From assembly GCA_964603545.1 (NCBI GenBank), contig CAZRVD010000001.1, forward strand, positions 68,358-132,357: 64,000 nt of DNA, read 5' to 3'. Below, in pieces: positions 27,476 through 38,168 of this stretch. The notes below the pieces were generated by a model, which had not been told where the DNA came from, searched no databases, and saw only the letters and a program-made list of their open reading frames with translations. Source of the stretch: an uncultured Candidatus Saccharibacteria bacterium (lineage in GTDB: Bacteria > Patescibacteriota > Minisyncoccia > Phycocordibacterales > DATDWN01). The translations under genes and the position numbers were made by a program. The stretch's first letter is position 1; every line of letters starts with the position of its first letter.

Positions 27476-27730
27476 ATGAGAATAATTGTTAAGACAAAAC
27501 CAAATGCAAAAGTTGAAAGTGTAGAGAGAGTCACCCAAGCGACACTTCCACTTGATTTGAAAAAGGAAATGGAAGTTTACAGAGTCTCTGTAAAAGAACC
27601 CCCAGTAAATGGTAAGGCCAATACGGCGGTGGTAAAAGCTCTAGCAAAGTATTTTGAAGTTTCTCCGTCACTAGTGACTTTGGTTTCTGGTGGGTCTTCA
27701 AAAAGTAAAGTTTTTGAAATACTAAAATGA
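27476..27730 (+). CDS. DUF167 (YggU-like) protein
   Basis: VKTKPNAKVESV...VSVKEPPVNGKANTAVVKALAKYFEVSPSLVTLVSGGSSKSKVF matches the YggU pattern. ATG at 27476 after AAGGGGGA. Confidence 0.6.
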   Translation: MRIIVKTKPNAKVESVERVTQATLPLDLKKEMEVYRVSVKEPPVNGKANTAVVKALAKYFEVSPSLVTLVSGGSSKSKVFEILK

Positions 27731-27987
27731 GACCAACATTTAAAGACAAGGTAAGAAATATTGTTAAAAAAATTCCTAAAGGAAAAACTTTAACATACAA
27801 ACAGGTAGCGAGTTTAGCTGGTAGTCCTGGTGCAAGTCGAGCTGTGGGAAGTATTATGAAAAATAATTTTGATCCGCACATTCCCTGTCACCGTGTCATT
27901 CGCTCAGATGGAAGGATGGGGGGATATAATAGAGGCGGGGTAGAAAAAAAGAGGCAAATGTTGAAAAAGGAAGGGGCTTTGAAATAG
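27727..27987 (+). CDS. methylated-DNA-protein-cysteine methyltransferase DNA-binding/active-site domain protein (Ogt C-domain-like)
   Basis: IPKGKTLTYKQVASLAGSPGASRAVGS...IPCHRVIRSDGRMGGY carries the PCHRV active-site motif. Only 86 aa. Confidence 0.65.
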   Translation: MRPTFKDKVRNIVKKIPKGKTLTYKQVASLAGSPGASRAVGSIMKNNFDPHIPCHRVIRSDGRMGGYNRGGVEKKRQMLKKEGALK

Positions 27988-28034
27988 AAATAAAGGGAGT
28001 ATAATTGTTAGTATTATAAATAGTCTCAAATATT

Positions 28035-28580
28035 ATGAACAAACAAGTCATTGGAGTGGTTGTGGTGGTTGCGATTCTAGTTGTCGGTTATTTTACTTAT
28101 ACAAGCATGAGTGGTGTAGGAGGTAGAGATAGCAAATTGATTGGACCTCCAGTAAATCAAGATGAGGTAAACGGAAATACCAATACAACTGGCAAGAAGA
28201 TGTCTTTTGATTCTTTCTTAAGGCAGGGGGGTGCTTACCTCTGTACCGTGAATCAATCTGTAGAGGGTGTAGAAAGTAAAGGCACAGTTTATGTAGATGG
28301 AGCTCGCACTCGAGGTGAGTTTAAAACTAGTGTGCAGGGTATGAGCATAGACAATATTTTTGTTGTAAAGGACGGCTTTTCCTATTCTTGGTCTAGTATG
28401 ATGCCAGGCAAAGGTTACAAAGTAGCTGTTAGTGGAACCGGTGGATCCGGCGGGACTACATCAGGTCAGTATAGTTTTAATGCAGAACAGATAGGAGATT
28501 ATAACTGTGAGGCATGGAGCGTTGATAGTTCAAAGTTTGCATTACCAAGTGGAGTAGTGTTTACAGAAATTAAAAATTAA
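28035..28580 (+). CDS. membrane-anchored hypothetical protein
   Basis: N-terminal TM (VIGVVVVVAILVVGYF) followed by a Gly/Ser-rich extracellular part. Confidence 0.4.
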   Translation: MNKQVIGVVVVVAILVVGYFTYTSMSGVGGRDSKLIGPPVNQDEVNGNTNTTGKKMSFDSFLRQGGAYLCTVNQSVEGVESKGTVYVDGARTRGEFKTSVQGMSIDNIFVVKDGFSYSWSSMMPGKGYKVAVSGTGGSGGTTSGQYSFNAEQIGDYNCEAWSVDSSKFALPSGVVFTEIKN

Positions 28581-28587
28581 TAATTAA

Positions 28588-28623
28588 TTACAACCGTGCG
28601 AAGCCCAGAGTGGTCGCATGACC
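28588..28623 (+). promoter_or_regulatory. 33-nt conserved leader motif (family 3) overlapping the start codon of 28618
   Basis: AACCGTGCGAAGCCCAGAGTGGTCGCATGACCA. The ATG of the downstream gene sits in the TGGTC-GCAT-GACCA mini-hairpin. Confidence 0.5.
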
Positions 28624-29025
28624 AAACTTATGTTAACAATTATTTTAAGTGCAGTTGCGATATTTGCTTTCGGAGCTTTTTGGTTTACTGTTTTGTTTGG
28701 ACAGACTTGGGCAAAACTTATGGACTTTAACCCTGCAGGGGACGATGTTGCTAGGCAAATGGGGATGGGTAAGCCCTTAGTTCAGAATTTTATATCAAAT
28801 CTTGTTATCGCAACAGTTTTTTACTACATGATTCCACAGTTATTGGTTTCTTCATATTTAAGTCTAGCAAAGGTCCTGTTTATAGTTTGGTTAGCCTTTA
28901 GTTTGCCTATTTTTGCCAATGCCGCTATTTGGGAGAGAAAAAGCTGGAAGCTAGTTTTGATTAACTCTGCTCAGAGTCTTATCTCTCTGGCTATAGTTTC
29001 AAGTATTGTCTACTATATGCAGTAG
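28618..29025 (+). CDS. 4-TM membrane protein (DUF1761-like)
   Basis: 135 aa, four hydrophobic helices. Confidence 0.4.
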   Translation: MTKLMLTIILSAVAIFAFGAFWFTVLFGQTWAKLMDFNPAGDDVARQMGMGKPLVQNFISNLVIATVFYYMIPQLLVSSYLSLAKVLFIVWLAFSLPIFANAAIWERKSWKLVLINSAQSLISLAIVSSIVYYMQ

Positions 29026-29304
29026 TCAAACTGGGTGTTAGTAGTATGTGGATAACTTCATTGACTTTTGTTGACAAAAAATACCTATTGACATATACTC
29101 CTCTTTAGCTTCAATGATTGAGTTTCGGCAGGGGCAAGATAGAATCTAGGGTTGTTTTGAGTTTTTTACAGGGTTTAATAGTTTCATGACTATTTTGCAG
29201 TTCAATCGCTAACAGTTTAAAAGTTTTTAATAGCTATCCTCAGACAGGATGGCTGGTTTTGTTTGTAATTATTAAAGTTTCCGGGGTTAATTTTAATATT
29301 TTTT

Positions 29305-32300
29305 ATGCAAAAATTAAGAAGTGCTCGGCCACAGAAGTTTTTTAGTCGCTATAAAAAACCTCTATTGCCATCACCTAACTTTGTTGAATCCCAACTAGAC
29401 TCTTTCAAGATGTTAATTGAAAAGGGTCTCAAAGAGGTATTCGAAGAGTTTTCTTCTATTAAAGATTTTTCAGGAAAGAAGTTCACTCTGGACTTCACTG
29501 GTTTTGAGCTATCTGAGCCAAAATACGATGAGTATTATGCAAAGGACAACAAGCTTTCATACGAAGCACCACTTAAGGCAAAAGTTAGACTAAAAAACCA
29601 TATACTTGGGACAGAGAAAGAGCAGGAGATTTTCATGGCGGATTTTCCACTTATGACTTCTCACGGTACTTTTATTATCTCTGGGATCGAAAGAATCATT
29701 GTTCCGCAACTAGCAAGATCTTATGGAGTTTTCTTTACCGCTACAGAAATAAAAGGACGAAAGTTTTTTGGTGCAAAAATCATTCCATCTCGTGGAGCGT
29801 GGGTAGAAATAGAATCTGACAGCGAGGGTGTAATTTCAGTTAGAATAGATAGAAAGAGAAAGTTTGCCGGTACAACCCTGCTTCGGGTTCTTGGGGTAAA
29901 GGATGATGAGGCGATCAAAAAGCTTTTTAAGGATGATGCTTTTGCTACAGCTTCAATTGAAAAGACTCTACTTAAGGATCACACAAAGACTCCAGAGGAA
30001 GCATATATAGATATACACAAAAGACTACGAGATGGGGACTTGGCTACAGCCGAGAATGCCAAGGAATTCGTGGATTCTATTTTCGACTCCGAAAGATACG
30101 ACCTTTCTCCAGTTGGACGACACAGATTTAACAAAAGATTTGGTCTGAGCATGGACGACAAGGAACTTAAGAGAAAAACTGTATCTGTCTCTGACTTAGT
30201 AACTATTATTTCTCACGTAGCGATGTTAAACAACACTCCAAACGCTGCGGAGGATGACATTGATCACTTAGGATCAAGACGAGTTAGATTTGTTGGTGAA
30301 CTCTTTCAGCAAAACATCAGAAAGGGTATTGCACAAATAAAAAGAAATATTCAGAACAAAATGTCTACAATTGAGACAGATGTTACACTTCCAGTACAGT
30401 TTGTTGCTCCTAGACCATTACAAGCAAGAATAAAAGAATTTTTCACAACCAACCAACTTTCACAGTTCATGCTTCAGGAAAACCCCGTTGCGGAAATTGA
30501 GCACCTTCGAACCCTGTCTGCATTGGGTCCAGGAGGACTAAACAGAACTCGAGCGGGATTTGAAGTTCGTGACGTTCACACATCTCATTATGGAAGAATT
30601 TGTCCGATTCACACACCAGAAGGTCCAAACATCGGACTAGTTCTTCGTCTTGCCATTTATGCAAGAATAAATAGTTTTGGAATGATTGAAACTCCATACG
30701 CAAAAGTTAAACACGGAAAAGTTACAGACGAAATAGTTTATATGAATGCTTCTGAGGAAGAGGGTTATGCTATTGCACACGCAGCTACACCAGTAGATGA
30801 AAATGGAAAAATATTAGCTGATGAAGTTGAGGTTCGTATAGAAGGTAACCCAGCGACTGCTTCAAAAGACAAAGTTGATTTTATTGATGTTGCAACAAAC
30901 CAAGCATTCTCCATCGCAACTTCTATGATTCCTTTCCTAAACCACAATGAAGCAAGTAGAGCACTGATGGCATCAAACATGCAGAAACAAGCTACACCTT
31001 GTATTATTCCTGAAGTTCCCCTTGTGGCTACAGGCATGGAAGCAGATGGTATAAAAGACGCTGGTAGACTACTTTTTGCAGATGAAGAAGGAACAGTAAC
31101 GCATGCAGATGGAAATAAAATTGTTATAAAAAATAATAAAGGAAAGGAAGTTGAACACAATTTAGTAAAATTCTCTAGAACAAATGGCTTTACTTCTTTC
31201 CATCAGAGACCATCAGTAGATGTTGGAGACAAGGTAAAGAAGGGACAAATTCTAGCTGACACTTCTTCTAGTAAAGATGGACAGGCAGCGATTGGTCAAA
31301 ACATGCTGGTCGCTTTTATGTCATGGAGTGGTAGTAACTACGAAGATGCAATTATTCTTTCCGAAAGAGTTATAAAAGATAGTAAATTTACATCTATTCA
31401 TATAGATGAGTTTGTAGTTAATGTGCGAGATACAAAACTTGGTCCTGAAATCACCACTTGTGACATTCCAAACGTTGGTGAGGCAAAACTAAAGAACTTG
31501 GCAGAAGACGGAATCGTACGTGTTGGTGCAGAAGTAAGACCTGGAGATATTTTGGTTGGTAAAATTACTCCAAAAGGAGAAACACAACTTACTCCAGAAG
31601 AGAGATTACTTAGATCACTTTTCGGCGAGAAAGCTCACGATATCAAAGATACTTCAAAGAGAATGGAAGGAGGTAAAAGAGGAAGAGTGGTTAAGGTTCA
31701 AGTATTTAGTAGAGAGAAAGGTGACAAACTTGATTCTGGAATTATAAAAAGAATTCACATTGAAGTAGCACAGCTTAGAAACGTTTCTGTTGGAGACAAA
31801 CTTGCAGGACGACACGGAAATAAAGGAGTTATTTCTAGAATTCTTCCAGAAGAAGATATGCCATATATGGCTGACGGTACTCCAATTGACGTTATTCTTA
31901 CACCACTTGGTGTGCCATCACGTATGAACCTGGGTCAGATTCTTGAGCTCCACCTAGGCTTAGCGGCAAATACACTTGGTTATCAAGCTATCGTCCCACC
32001 ATTTGCAGGAGCAACTGGAGAAGAAATTAAAGAAGAGCTTGTGAAGGCAGGATTTTCTCCAACAGGAAAAATGAAACTGTTTGACGGTAGGACAGGGGAA
32101 GCTTTTGCTCAGGATGTTGCCGTTGGATATATGTATATTATGAAGCTCCATCATATGGTAGAGGACAAGATTCACATGCGATCTATCGGTCCATACTCTC
32201 TTATTACTCAGCAACCACTTGGAGGAAAGGCTCAAAACGGAGGCCAGAGATTTGGAGAAATGGAAGTGTGGGCACTTTTGGGTCATGGAGCAGCTCATAC

Positions 32301-32508
32301 TCTGCAAGAAATTCTAACTATCAAGTCAGACGATATTGTCGGACGCTCTGCTGCTTTTGATGCAATTGTGAAAGGTCTTCCAATCACACAGTTAAACATT
32401 CCAGCATCATTTAATGTGCTATTAAATAATTTAAGAGGATTAGCATTAGATGTTCAGATAAAAAGAGGGTCGAAAGAATTATTAGATGGTCACAAACAAA
32501 TCGTTTAG
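29305..32508 (+). CDS. rpoB: DNA-directed RNA polymerase beta subunit
   Basis: 1067 aa. Conserved RpoB blocks (GRHGNKGVISRILP, MNLGQILELHLG). ~280-nt leader with a triple TTGAC promoter region. Confidence 0.95.
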   Translation: MQKLRSARPQKFFSRYKKPLLPSPNFVESQLDSFKMLIEKGLKEVFEEFSSIKDFSGKKFTLDFTGFELSEPKYDEYYAKDNKLSYEAPLKAKVRLKNHILGTEKEQEIFMADFPLMTSHGTFIISGIERIIVPQLARSYGVFFTATEIKGRKFFGAKIIPSRGAWVEIESDSEGVISVRIDRKRKFAGTTLLRVLGVKDDEAIKKLFKDDAFATASIEKTLLKDHTKTPEEAYIDIHKRLRDGDLATAENAKEFVDSIFDSERYDLSPVGRHRFNKRFGLSMDDKELKRKTVSVSDLVTIISHVAMLNNTPNAAEDDIDHLGSRRVRFVGELFQQNIRKGIAQIKRNIQNKMSTIETDVTLPVQFVAPRPLQARIKEFFTTNQLSQFMLQENPVAEIEHLRTLSALGPGGLNRTRAGFEVRDVHTSHYGRICPIHTPEGPNIGLVLRLAIYARINSFGMIETPYAKVKHGKVTDEIVYMNASEEEGYAIAHAATPVDENGKILADEVEVRIEGNPATASKDKVDFIDVATNQAFSIATSMIPFLNHNEASRALMASNMQKQATPCIIPEVPLVATGMEADGIKDAGRLLFADEEGTVTHADGNKIVIKNNKGKEVEHNLVKFSRTNGFTSFHQRPSVDVGDKVKKGQILADTSSSKDGQAAIGQNMLVAFMSWSGSNYEDAIILSERVIKDSKFTSIHIDEFVVNVRDTKLGPEITTCDIPNVGEAKLKNLAEDGIVRVGAEVRPGDILVGKITPKGETQLTPEERLLRSLFGEKAHDIKDTSKRMEGGKRGRVVKVQVFSREKGDKLDSGIIKRIHIEVAQLRNVSVGDKLAGRHGNKGVISRILPEEDMPYMADGTPIDVILTPLGVPSRMNLGQILELHLGLAANTLGYQAIVPPFAGATGEEIKEELVKAGFSPTGKMKLFDGRTGEAFAQDVAVGYMYIMKLHHMVEDKIHMRSIGPYSLITQQPLGGKAQNGGQRFGEMEVWALLGHGAAHTLQEILTIKSDDIVGRSAAFDAIVKGLPITQLNIPASFNVLLNNLRGLALDVQIKRGSKELLDGHKQIV

Positions 32509-32542
32509 TAACCGTGCAAAGCCGAGCAATGGTCGCATGACC
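32508..32542 (+). promoter_or_regulatory. family-3 motif filling the rpoB-rpoC spacer and overlapping the rpoC ATG
   Basis: TAACCGTGCAAAGCCGAGCAATGGTCGCATGACCACC. Confidence 0.5.
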
Positions 32543-35500
32543 ACCAATAAAAATTATATGAAAAATAGAATAAACACAGACGCAAACGATTTCGAAACAA
32601 TAGCTCTAAAAATTGCTTCTCCTGAAAGAATAAAGGAGTGGTCATTTGGTGAAGTTACGAAACCAGAAACAATAAACTACAGAACACAGAGATCTGAAAA
32701 AAACGGTTTGTTTGATGAAAAGATTTTCGGTCCAGATAAAGATCATGAATGTTATTGTGGAAAATACAGAGGTATTAGATACAAAGGTATTATTTGTGAA
32801 AAATGTGGAGTTGAAATCACTCGTTCAATCGTTAGAAGAGAGAGAATGGGCCACATCGAGCTAGCAACTGTCGTTTCTCACATTTGGTTTTTGAAATCAA
32901 TGCCAAGTAGAATTTCTCTTGTTCTCGGTATTCCAGTAGCTGATATAGAGAAGGTTATATACTTTGCCGGATACATAATTACAAAAGTTTCTGAGGAAGA
33001 TAGGACAAGATATCTAAAGGATTTAGATTCTGAATATAAATCAAAAATAAAATCTCTTCAGGATGAAAAAACAAAAGAGAAGTTGAAAGAAATGTTACTT
33101 AATGCCAAGCGAGATATTGATTCTATCCAAGAAGGCAAGGTTTTGGATGAAGTAGAATACTACAACTTTGGAATGAAGTACGGAACAATGTTTGAGGCAA
33201 GTATAGGAGCAGAAGCGATTTACAACATTTTCAAAAAACTAGATCTAAACAAACTGCTTGAGCAACTACACGTTGAGCTTGAAAAAGCTGGTTCACTTGA
33301 GGTAGGAAAAGTTAATAAAAGAATTGGGGTGGTTAGCTCAATGATAAACTCAAACATCAGACCTGAGTGGATGTTTCTTACACATATTCCAATTATTCCT
33401 CCAGCACTGCGTCCTATGGTTCCATTAGACGGAGGAAGATACGCAACTTCTGATGTAAACGATTTGTATCGAAGAGTTATAAACAGAAATAATCGTCTAA
33501 AGAAACTAAAAGAAATTAGTGCTCCTGACGTTATTTTGCGAAATGAAAAAAGAATTCTACAAGAGGCAGTGGATGCACTTATAGATAACTCTATCAGACA
33601 TGGTTCAGCAACAAGTGCTTTAAATCAATCCCAGAGAAGAGCTTTGAAGTCTCTGGCGGACAATCTAAAAGGCAAGAGAGGAATTTTTCGACAGAATCTT
33701 CTTGGTAAAAGAGTAGACTACTCTGGACGATCTGTTATCGTTGTCGGTCCTGATCTTCACTTAAATCAATGTGGTCTTCCAAAACACATGGCTCTGGAGC
33801 TTTTCAAACCGTTTGTAATTTCACAGCTTCTAAAAAGTGAATTGGCTTACAACATAAAAGGGGCAAGCAAACTTATTGATGATGGTATTCCTGAAGTGTG
33901 GGCAATTTTAGAAGAAGTTATTTCTGACAGATTTGTTCTTCTAAACCGTGCACCAACTCTTCACAGACTTGGTATTCAAGCTTTCAAACCTATATTGATT
34001 GAAGGTAATGCTATTCAGGTACATCCACTCGTTTGTTCTGCTTTCAACGCGGACTTCGACGGTGACCAAATGGCAGTTCACGTACCACTTTCTGACGAAG
34101 CACAACTTGAAGCACGGGAGATAATGGCGTCTGACAAAAATATTCTAAAACCAGGATCTGGCGACCCAACTGTGTCCGCAAAAATGCTAGATATCACACT
34201 TGGTTGTTATTGGATGACAAAAGGAATAGATGGAGAGATGGGTGAAGGAAAGTTTTTCTCATCTCCAAACGCGGCCATTACCGCGTATGACCTTGGCGCA
34301 GTTTCTTTCAGAGCGAAAATAAAAGTTCTTCCATCTGATACAGAAAAGTACTCACAGTTTGGAGGAAAATTATTTGAAACAACAGTTGGAAGACTTTTGT
34401 TTAACTCCGTTCTGCCAAAAGATTACGCATTTATTAACAACGAATTTGATAGAAAGAAAATATCTGCACTAGTGGATGATCTTATAGAAAAATATGGTAT
34501 TGAAAATGTTCCTGTTATTATCGACAAGATAAAAACATTCGGTTTCAAATATGCTACTTACTCTGGCGTTACATGGGGACTAGATGACGTGGCTATTCCA
34601 GAAGGTAAGAAAGCTATTATTCTAAAATCAAAAGAGAAGTCTGATTCTATTGTCGGTCACTTTAACGCAGGACTTATTTCAAAGGAAGAAAGACTAAGAC
34701 AGACGATTGAGATTTGGCAGGGTGCAAAAATGGAAGTTGAAAAACTAATGCCTGGTGCACTTCCTAAAAACGGCTCAGTTCTTGACATGGTACTTTCTGG
34801 AACTAGAGGTTCTATGTCAAACATCACCCAGATGGCAGGTATGAAGGGTCTTATTGCAAACAACGCCGGAGAGACTATTGAATTTCCGATTATATCTTGT
34901 TCAAAAGAGGGTCTTACCCCGCTTGAATACTTTATTACTACTCACGGCGCTAGAAAGGGTTTGACTGACACTGCTCTGAACACTGCGAAATCTGGATATC
35001 TAACGAGAAAAATGTTCGTTGTAGCACAGGATACTATAATTGTAGAAGAGGATTGCGGTACAAAAGAAGGTGTTGTTATCGACAAGTTTGCTATTTCTGG
35101 AATCGAAACTCCAATTGCAAAACACGTTAAGGGTAGATTTTTGTCAGAGGATGTCTCCACTCCTGACGGAAAGGTTCTCTTTAAAAAAGATCACTTGGTA
35201 AGCAAGGCAGATGCACAAGCTATAGAAGCAAGCGGTGTTACAAAAGTGTGGGTACGGTCACCGCTGTCATGTAAAACTCCAAACGGTATCTGTATAAAAT
35301 GTTACGGAACTGATCTTGGTAAAAACAAGGTGGTTGAACTTGGTGAAGCAGTAGGAACAGTTGCAGGACAAGCTATTGGTGAGCCAGGAACACAGCTTAC
35401 TATGAACACAAAACATGCGGGAGCGGCTTCAGTTTCTGGAGACATTGTTCAAGGTTTGCCTCGTGTTGAAGAGTTGTTTGAAAAAAGAAAACCGAAGAAT

Positions 35501-36232
35501 CCTGCTGTTGTCTGTTCTGTTTCTGGAACTATTTCAGAGGTTAAGGTTACTGATAAGGAAAAAATTATCACCATCACCCCTGACCTAGAAGATAGAAAGA
35601 AATCAAAAGACAGAATAGACTACTCAACATCTCTAAACAGAACGATATTAGTAAAAGTGGGGGATGAAGTTAAAAAGGGTGACATAATCACAGACGGTTC
35701 AGCAGACATAGATGAACTTTTCAAATATGCTGGTAAAGATAAAACTGTTGACTATATTATTCACGAAATTAACAAACCATACGAACTTCAAGGGGAAAAT
35801 GTTTCCAGAAAACACATTGAAACTATTGTCAGGCAAATGTTCTCTAGAAAGAGAATTAAAACTACAGGAGATACTTACTTTGTAGCCGGGGACATTGTAG
35901 AAGCAAATCTTCTTACAGAGGAAAATGCAAAAATGAAAACTGAAGGAAAGGAAGAGGCAAAAGCAGAGCCAGTCGTGATGGGTATCACAGATGTGTCACT
36001 TTCAAGACATAGTTTCCTTTCAGCGGCTTCATTCCAACACACAACACGAATCCTTATCTCAAGTGCCATAAGAGGTAATGCAGATAAACTAGCTGGTCTT
36101 ATGGAAAACGTTATCTTAGGAAAACTTATCCCAGCGGGTACTGGTTTTAAGGGAAGTAGCAAGGCGGAGATGATAGCTAAGATGCGAGCAGAGAGACCTG
36201 TAGTATTCGACGAGAGCACTCGCTACCAGTAA
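32537..36232 (+). CDS. rpoC: DNA-directed RNA polymerase beta-prime subunit
   Basis: Zn-binding CYCGKYRG...CEKCGVEI. Catalytic NADFDGD. The ATG at 32537 matches RpoC N-termini; the track ORF starts at 32486. Confidence 0.95.
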   Translation: MTTNKNYMKNRINTDANDFETIALKIASPERIKEWSFGEVTKPETINYRTQRSEKNGLFDEKIFGPDKDHECYCGKYRGIRYKGIICEKCGVEITRSIVRRERMGHIELATVVSHIWFLKSMPSRISLVLGIPVADIEKVIYFAGYIITKVSEEDRTRYLKDLDSEYKSKIKSLQDEKTKEKLKEMLLNAKRDIDSIQEGKVLDEVEYYNFGMKYGTMFEASIGAEAIYNIFKKLDLNKLLEQLHVELEKAGSLEVGKVNKRIGVVSSMINSNIRPEWMFLTHIPIIPPALRPMVPLDGGRYATSDVNDLYRRVINRNNRLKKLKEISAPDVILRNEKRILQEAVDALIDNSIRHGSATSALNQSQRRALKSLADNLKGKRGIFRQNLLGKRVDYSGRSVIVVGPDLHLNQCGLPKHMALELFKPFVISQLLKSELAYNIKGASKLIDDGIPEVWAILEEVISDRFVLLNRAPTLHRLGIQAFKPILIEGNAIQVHPLVCSAFNADFDGDQMAVHVPLSDEAQLEAREIMASDKNILKPGSGDPTVSAKMLDITLGCYWMTKGIDGEMGEGKFFSSPNAAITAYDLGAVSFRAKIKVLPSDTEKYSQFGGKLFETTVGRLLFNSVLPKDYAFINNEFDRKKISALVDDLIEKYGIENVPVIIDKIKTFGFKYATYSGVTWGLDDVAIPEGKKAIILKSKEKSDSIVGHFNAGLISKEERLRQTIEIWQGAKMEVEKLMPGALPKNGSVLDMVLSGTRGSMSNITQMAGMKGLIANNAGETIEFPIISCSKEGLTPLEYFITTHGARKGLTDTALNTAKSGYLTRKMFVVAQDTIIVEEDCGTKEGVVIDKFAISGIETPIAKHVKGRFLSEDVSTPDGKVLFKKDHLVSKADAQAIEASGVTKVWVRSPLSCKTPNGICIKCYGTDLGKNKVVELGEAVGTVAGQAIGEPGTQLTMNTKHAGAASVSGDIVQGLPRVEELFEKRKPKNPAVVCSVSGTISEVKVTDKEKIITITPDLEDRKKSKDRIDYSTSLNRTILVKVGDEVKKGDIITDGSADIDELFKYAGKDKTVDYIIHEINKPYELQGENVSRKHIETIVRQMFSRKRIKTTGDTYFVAGDIVEANLLTEENAKMKTEGKEEAKAEPVVMGITDVSLSRHSFLSAASFQHTTRILISSAIRGNADKLAGLMENVILGKLIPAGTGFKGSSKAEMIAKMRAERPVVFDESTRYQ

Positions 36233-36237
36233 AAGTT

Positions 36238-36347
36238 TCCAAATTTGGCCAATTTCTTTGTCAGAGTTCAAAAAATAATTCTCACCGTACTAGTTGTACG
36301 ACTCGAATTATTTTTATCCTCTTTCGCGAAATTGTCTCAAATTTGAA
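36238..36347 (+). repeat. long-hairpin repeat family 1, copy 3 (after rpoC)
   Basis: Terminal CAAATTTGG / CAAATTTG. Apical helix is CGTAC-tagtt-GTACG (compensatory relative to CCTTAC/GTAAGG). Confidence 0.65.
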
Positions 36348-36392
36348 AATTTTACGAGAATTCTGATGATAAAGTTTTAAACTCAAAACTAA

Positions 36393-38168
36393 ATGTCCTC
36401 AGTAGATCAAATCAAATCAAAAATAGATATCGTAAGCCTAGTTTCATCTTATATAAAACTGGAAAAGGCTGGAACGAACTTTAAAGGCAAGTGTCCTTTT
36501 CACAACGAAAAGACGCCGTCCTTTTTCGTCTCTCAAGATAGGGGCAACTATTATTGTTTTGGCTGTCACGCTAAAGGCGACATCTTTACTTTTGTACAGG
36601 AGTTTGAAGGGTTGGATTTTGTTGGAGCGCTTAAAGTTTTGGCAGAAAAGGCAGGAGTAGAGCTTGAGCAGTACAAAAGCGGAGAGAAGTCAGAAAAAGA
36701 CAGACTTTTTTCTGTTCTAGAAAAAGCAGTTTTCTTTTACGAAAAAAAATTATCTGAAAATAAGATTGCCTTGGACTATGTTCACAGTAGGGGCATCACA
36801 GACGAAACAGTAAAAAATTTCCGTATTGGTTATGCACCACTTGACTGGAGATTACTTTATGACTATCTGAAAGAAAAAGGTGTGACAGAAAAAGATATGC
36901 TTGCTGTAGGGCTCATAAAACAAAAAGATTCTACTTTTTCTAGCTCCTCTTATTATGATGTTTTTCGTGGAAGAATTATGTTTCCAATAGCAGACTCTTC
37001 CGGAAGAGTAGTTGGTTTTTCTGGAAGAATCTTGGTTCCTGACGAAAAGTCTCCAAAATATTTAAACACTCCTGAAACAGAACTCTATAATAAATCGGAA
37101 ATTCTTTTTGGGTTAGATAAGGCCAAGAAAGATATAAAACTAAAAGACTATTCTATTTTGGTAGAGGGTCAAATGGATCTTGTAATGATGCACCAGGTAG
37201 GGATGTCTAATACTGTAGCTTCTTCTGGCACGGCAGTTACAGCTGATGAAAACAAGAAAGATGAAGATAATAAAAGATCTCAGGATCACCTTGTTAAACT
37301 TCGCCGTCTTTCAAATCGCATAGTCATGTCTTTTGATTCAGATAGTGCTGGTTTCTCGGCTTCTAATAGAACTGCTAAACTTGCTTTGGCTCTAGATATG
37401 GACTTGAAAATTGTTAAATTGCCGAAAGGTAAGGACCCTGCAGAACTTGCAAAAGAGGATCCGGAGTTACTGAAAGAGTGTTTTAGGAACTCTAAATCAA
37501 TAGTAGATTTCTACGTTGATTACTTATTAGATCAAGATTTAAACCCTAGAGATTTAGCAACAGAAATAAGGAAAAAAGTATTACCATATGTAGCAGAAAT
37601 GGCACCTACAAATCAATCTTCGTCAATAATGAGTATTAACCAAAAAACTTTTATCAATCCAGAAGCATTACGTGCCGACCTAAATACTATAACTACTGGC
37701 CAAACCCCTTATGTTCCAGTAATAAATACTTCTCCACCTGGAAAAAGAGTGGATAGTATAGAGAGAAAAATATTTGGAATTATACTTTGGACAAAGGAGA
37801 AAAAAAATAAAGAAGAAGATGTCAAAGTTGAGATAGATGTAGAGAGTCGGGCAAAAGCAATTTTAGGAAAAAGATTGGATGAACTTGAAAAAGAATTTCA
37901 AAAAGATAAGGAACTACTTTTATTTGAGACGGAAAGCTATTATAATGATAAGGCAAATTTAGAAAAAGATATTGACGAACTCCTAGTCTCACTTGAGGAA
38001 GAATATTTAAAAAAAGATTTGTCTCTTGCCATGATAAATCTTCAAAAGGCCGAGCAGAAAAGGGAAAGTGGGGAGGTCTTAAAATTTTTAGAAGAGTGCC
38101 AGAGAATAACACAAAGAATAAACACAATAAGAACAATCAAAAACGCATTCCAAGATAATACAAAATGA
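36393..38168 (+). CDS. dnaG: DNA primase
   Basis: Zinc ribbon [11 protein letters not shown]...CFGC. Toprim core EGQMDLV...DSD. Confidence 0.85.
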   Translation: MSSVDQIKSKIDIVSLVSSYIKLEKAGTNFKGKCPFHNEKTPSFFVSQDRGNYYCFGCHAKGDIFTFVQEFEGLDFVGALKVLAEKAGVELEQYKSGEKSEKDRLFSVLEKAVFFYEKKLSENKIALDYVHSRGITDETVKNFRIGYAPLDWRLLYDYLKEKGVTEKDMLAVGLIKQKDSTFSSSSYYDVFRGRIMFPIADSSGRVVGFSGRILVPDEKSPKYLNTPETELYNKSEILFGLDKAKKDIKLKDYSILVEGQMDLVMMHQVGMSNTVASSGTAVTADENKKDEDNKRSQDHLVKLRRLSNRIVMSFDSDSAGFSASNRTAKLALALDMDLKIVKLPKGKDPAELAKEDPELLKECFRNSKSIVDFYVDYLLDQDLNPRDLATEIRKKVLPYVAEMAPTNQSSSIMSINQKTFINPEALRADLNTITTGQTPYVPVINTSPPGKRVDSIERKIFGIILWTKEKKNKEEDVKVEIDVESRAKAILGKRLDELEKEFQKDKELLLFETESYYNDKANLEKDIDELLVSLEEEYLKKDLSLAMINLQKAEQKRESGEVLKFLEECQRITQRINTIRTIKNAFQDNTK

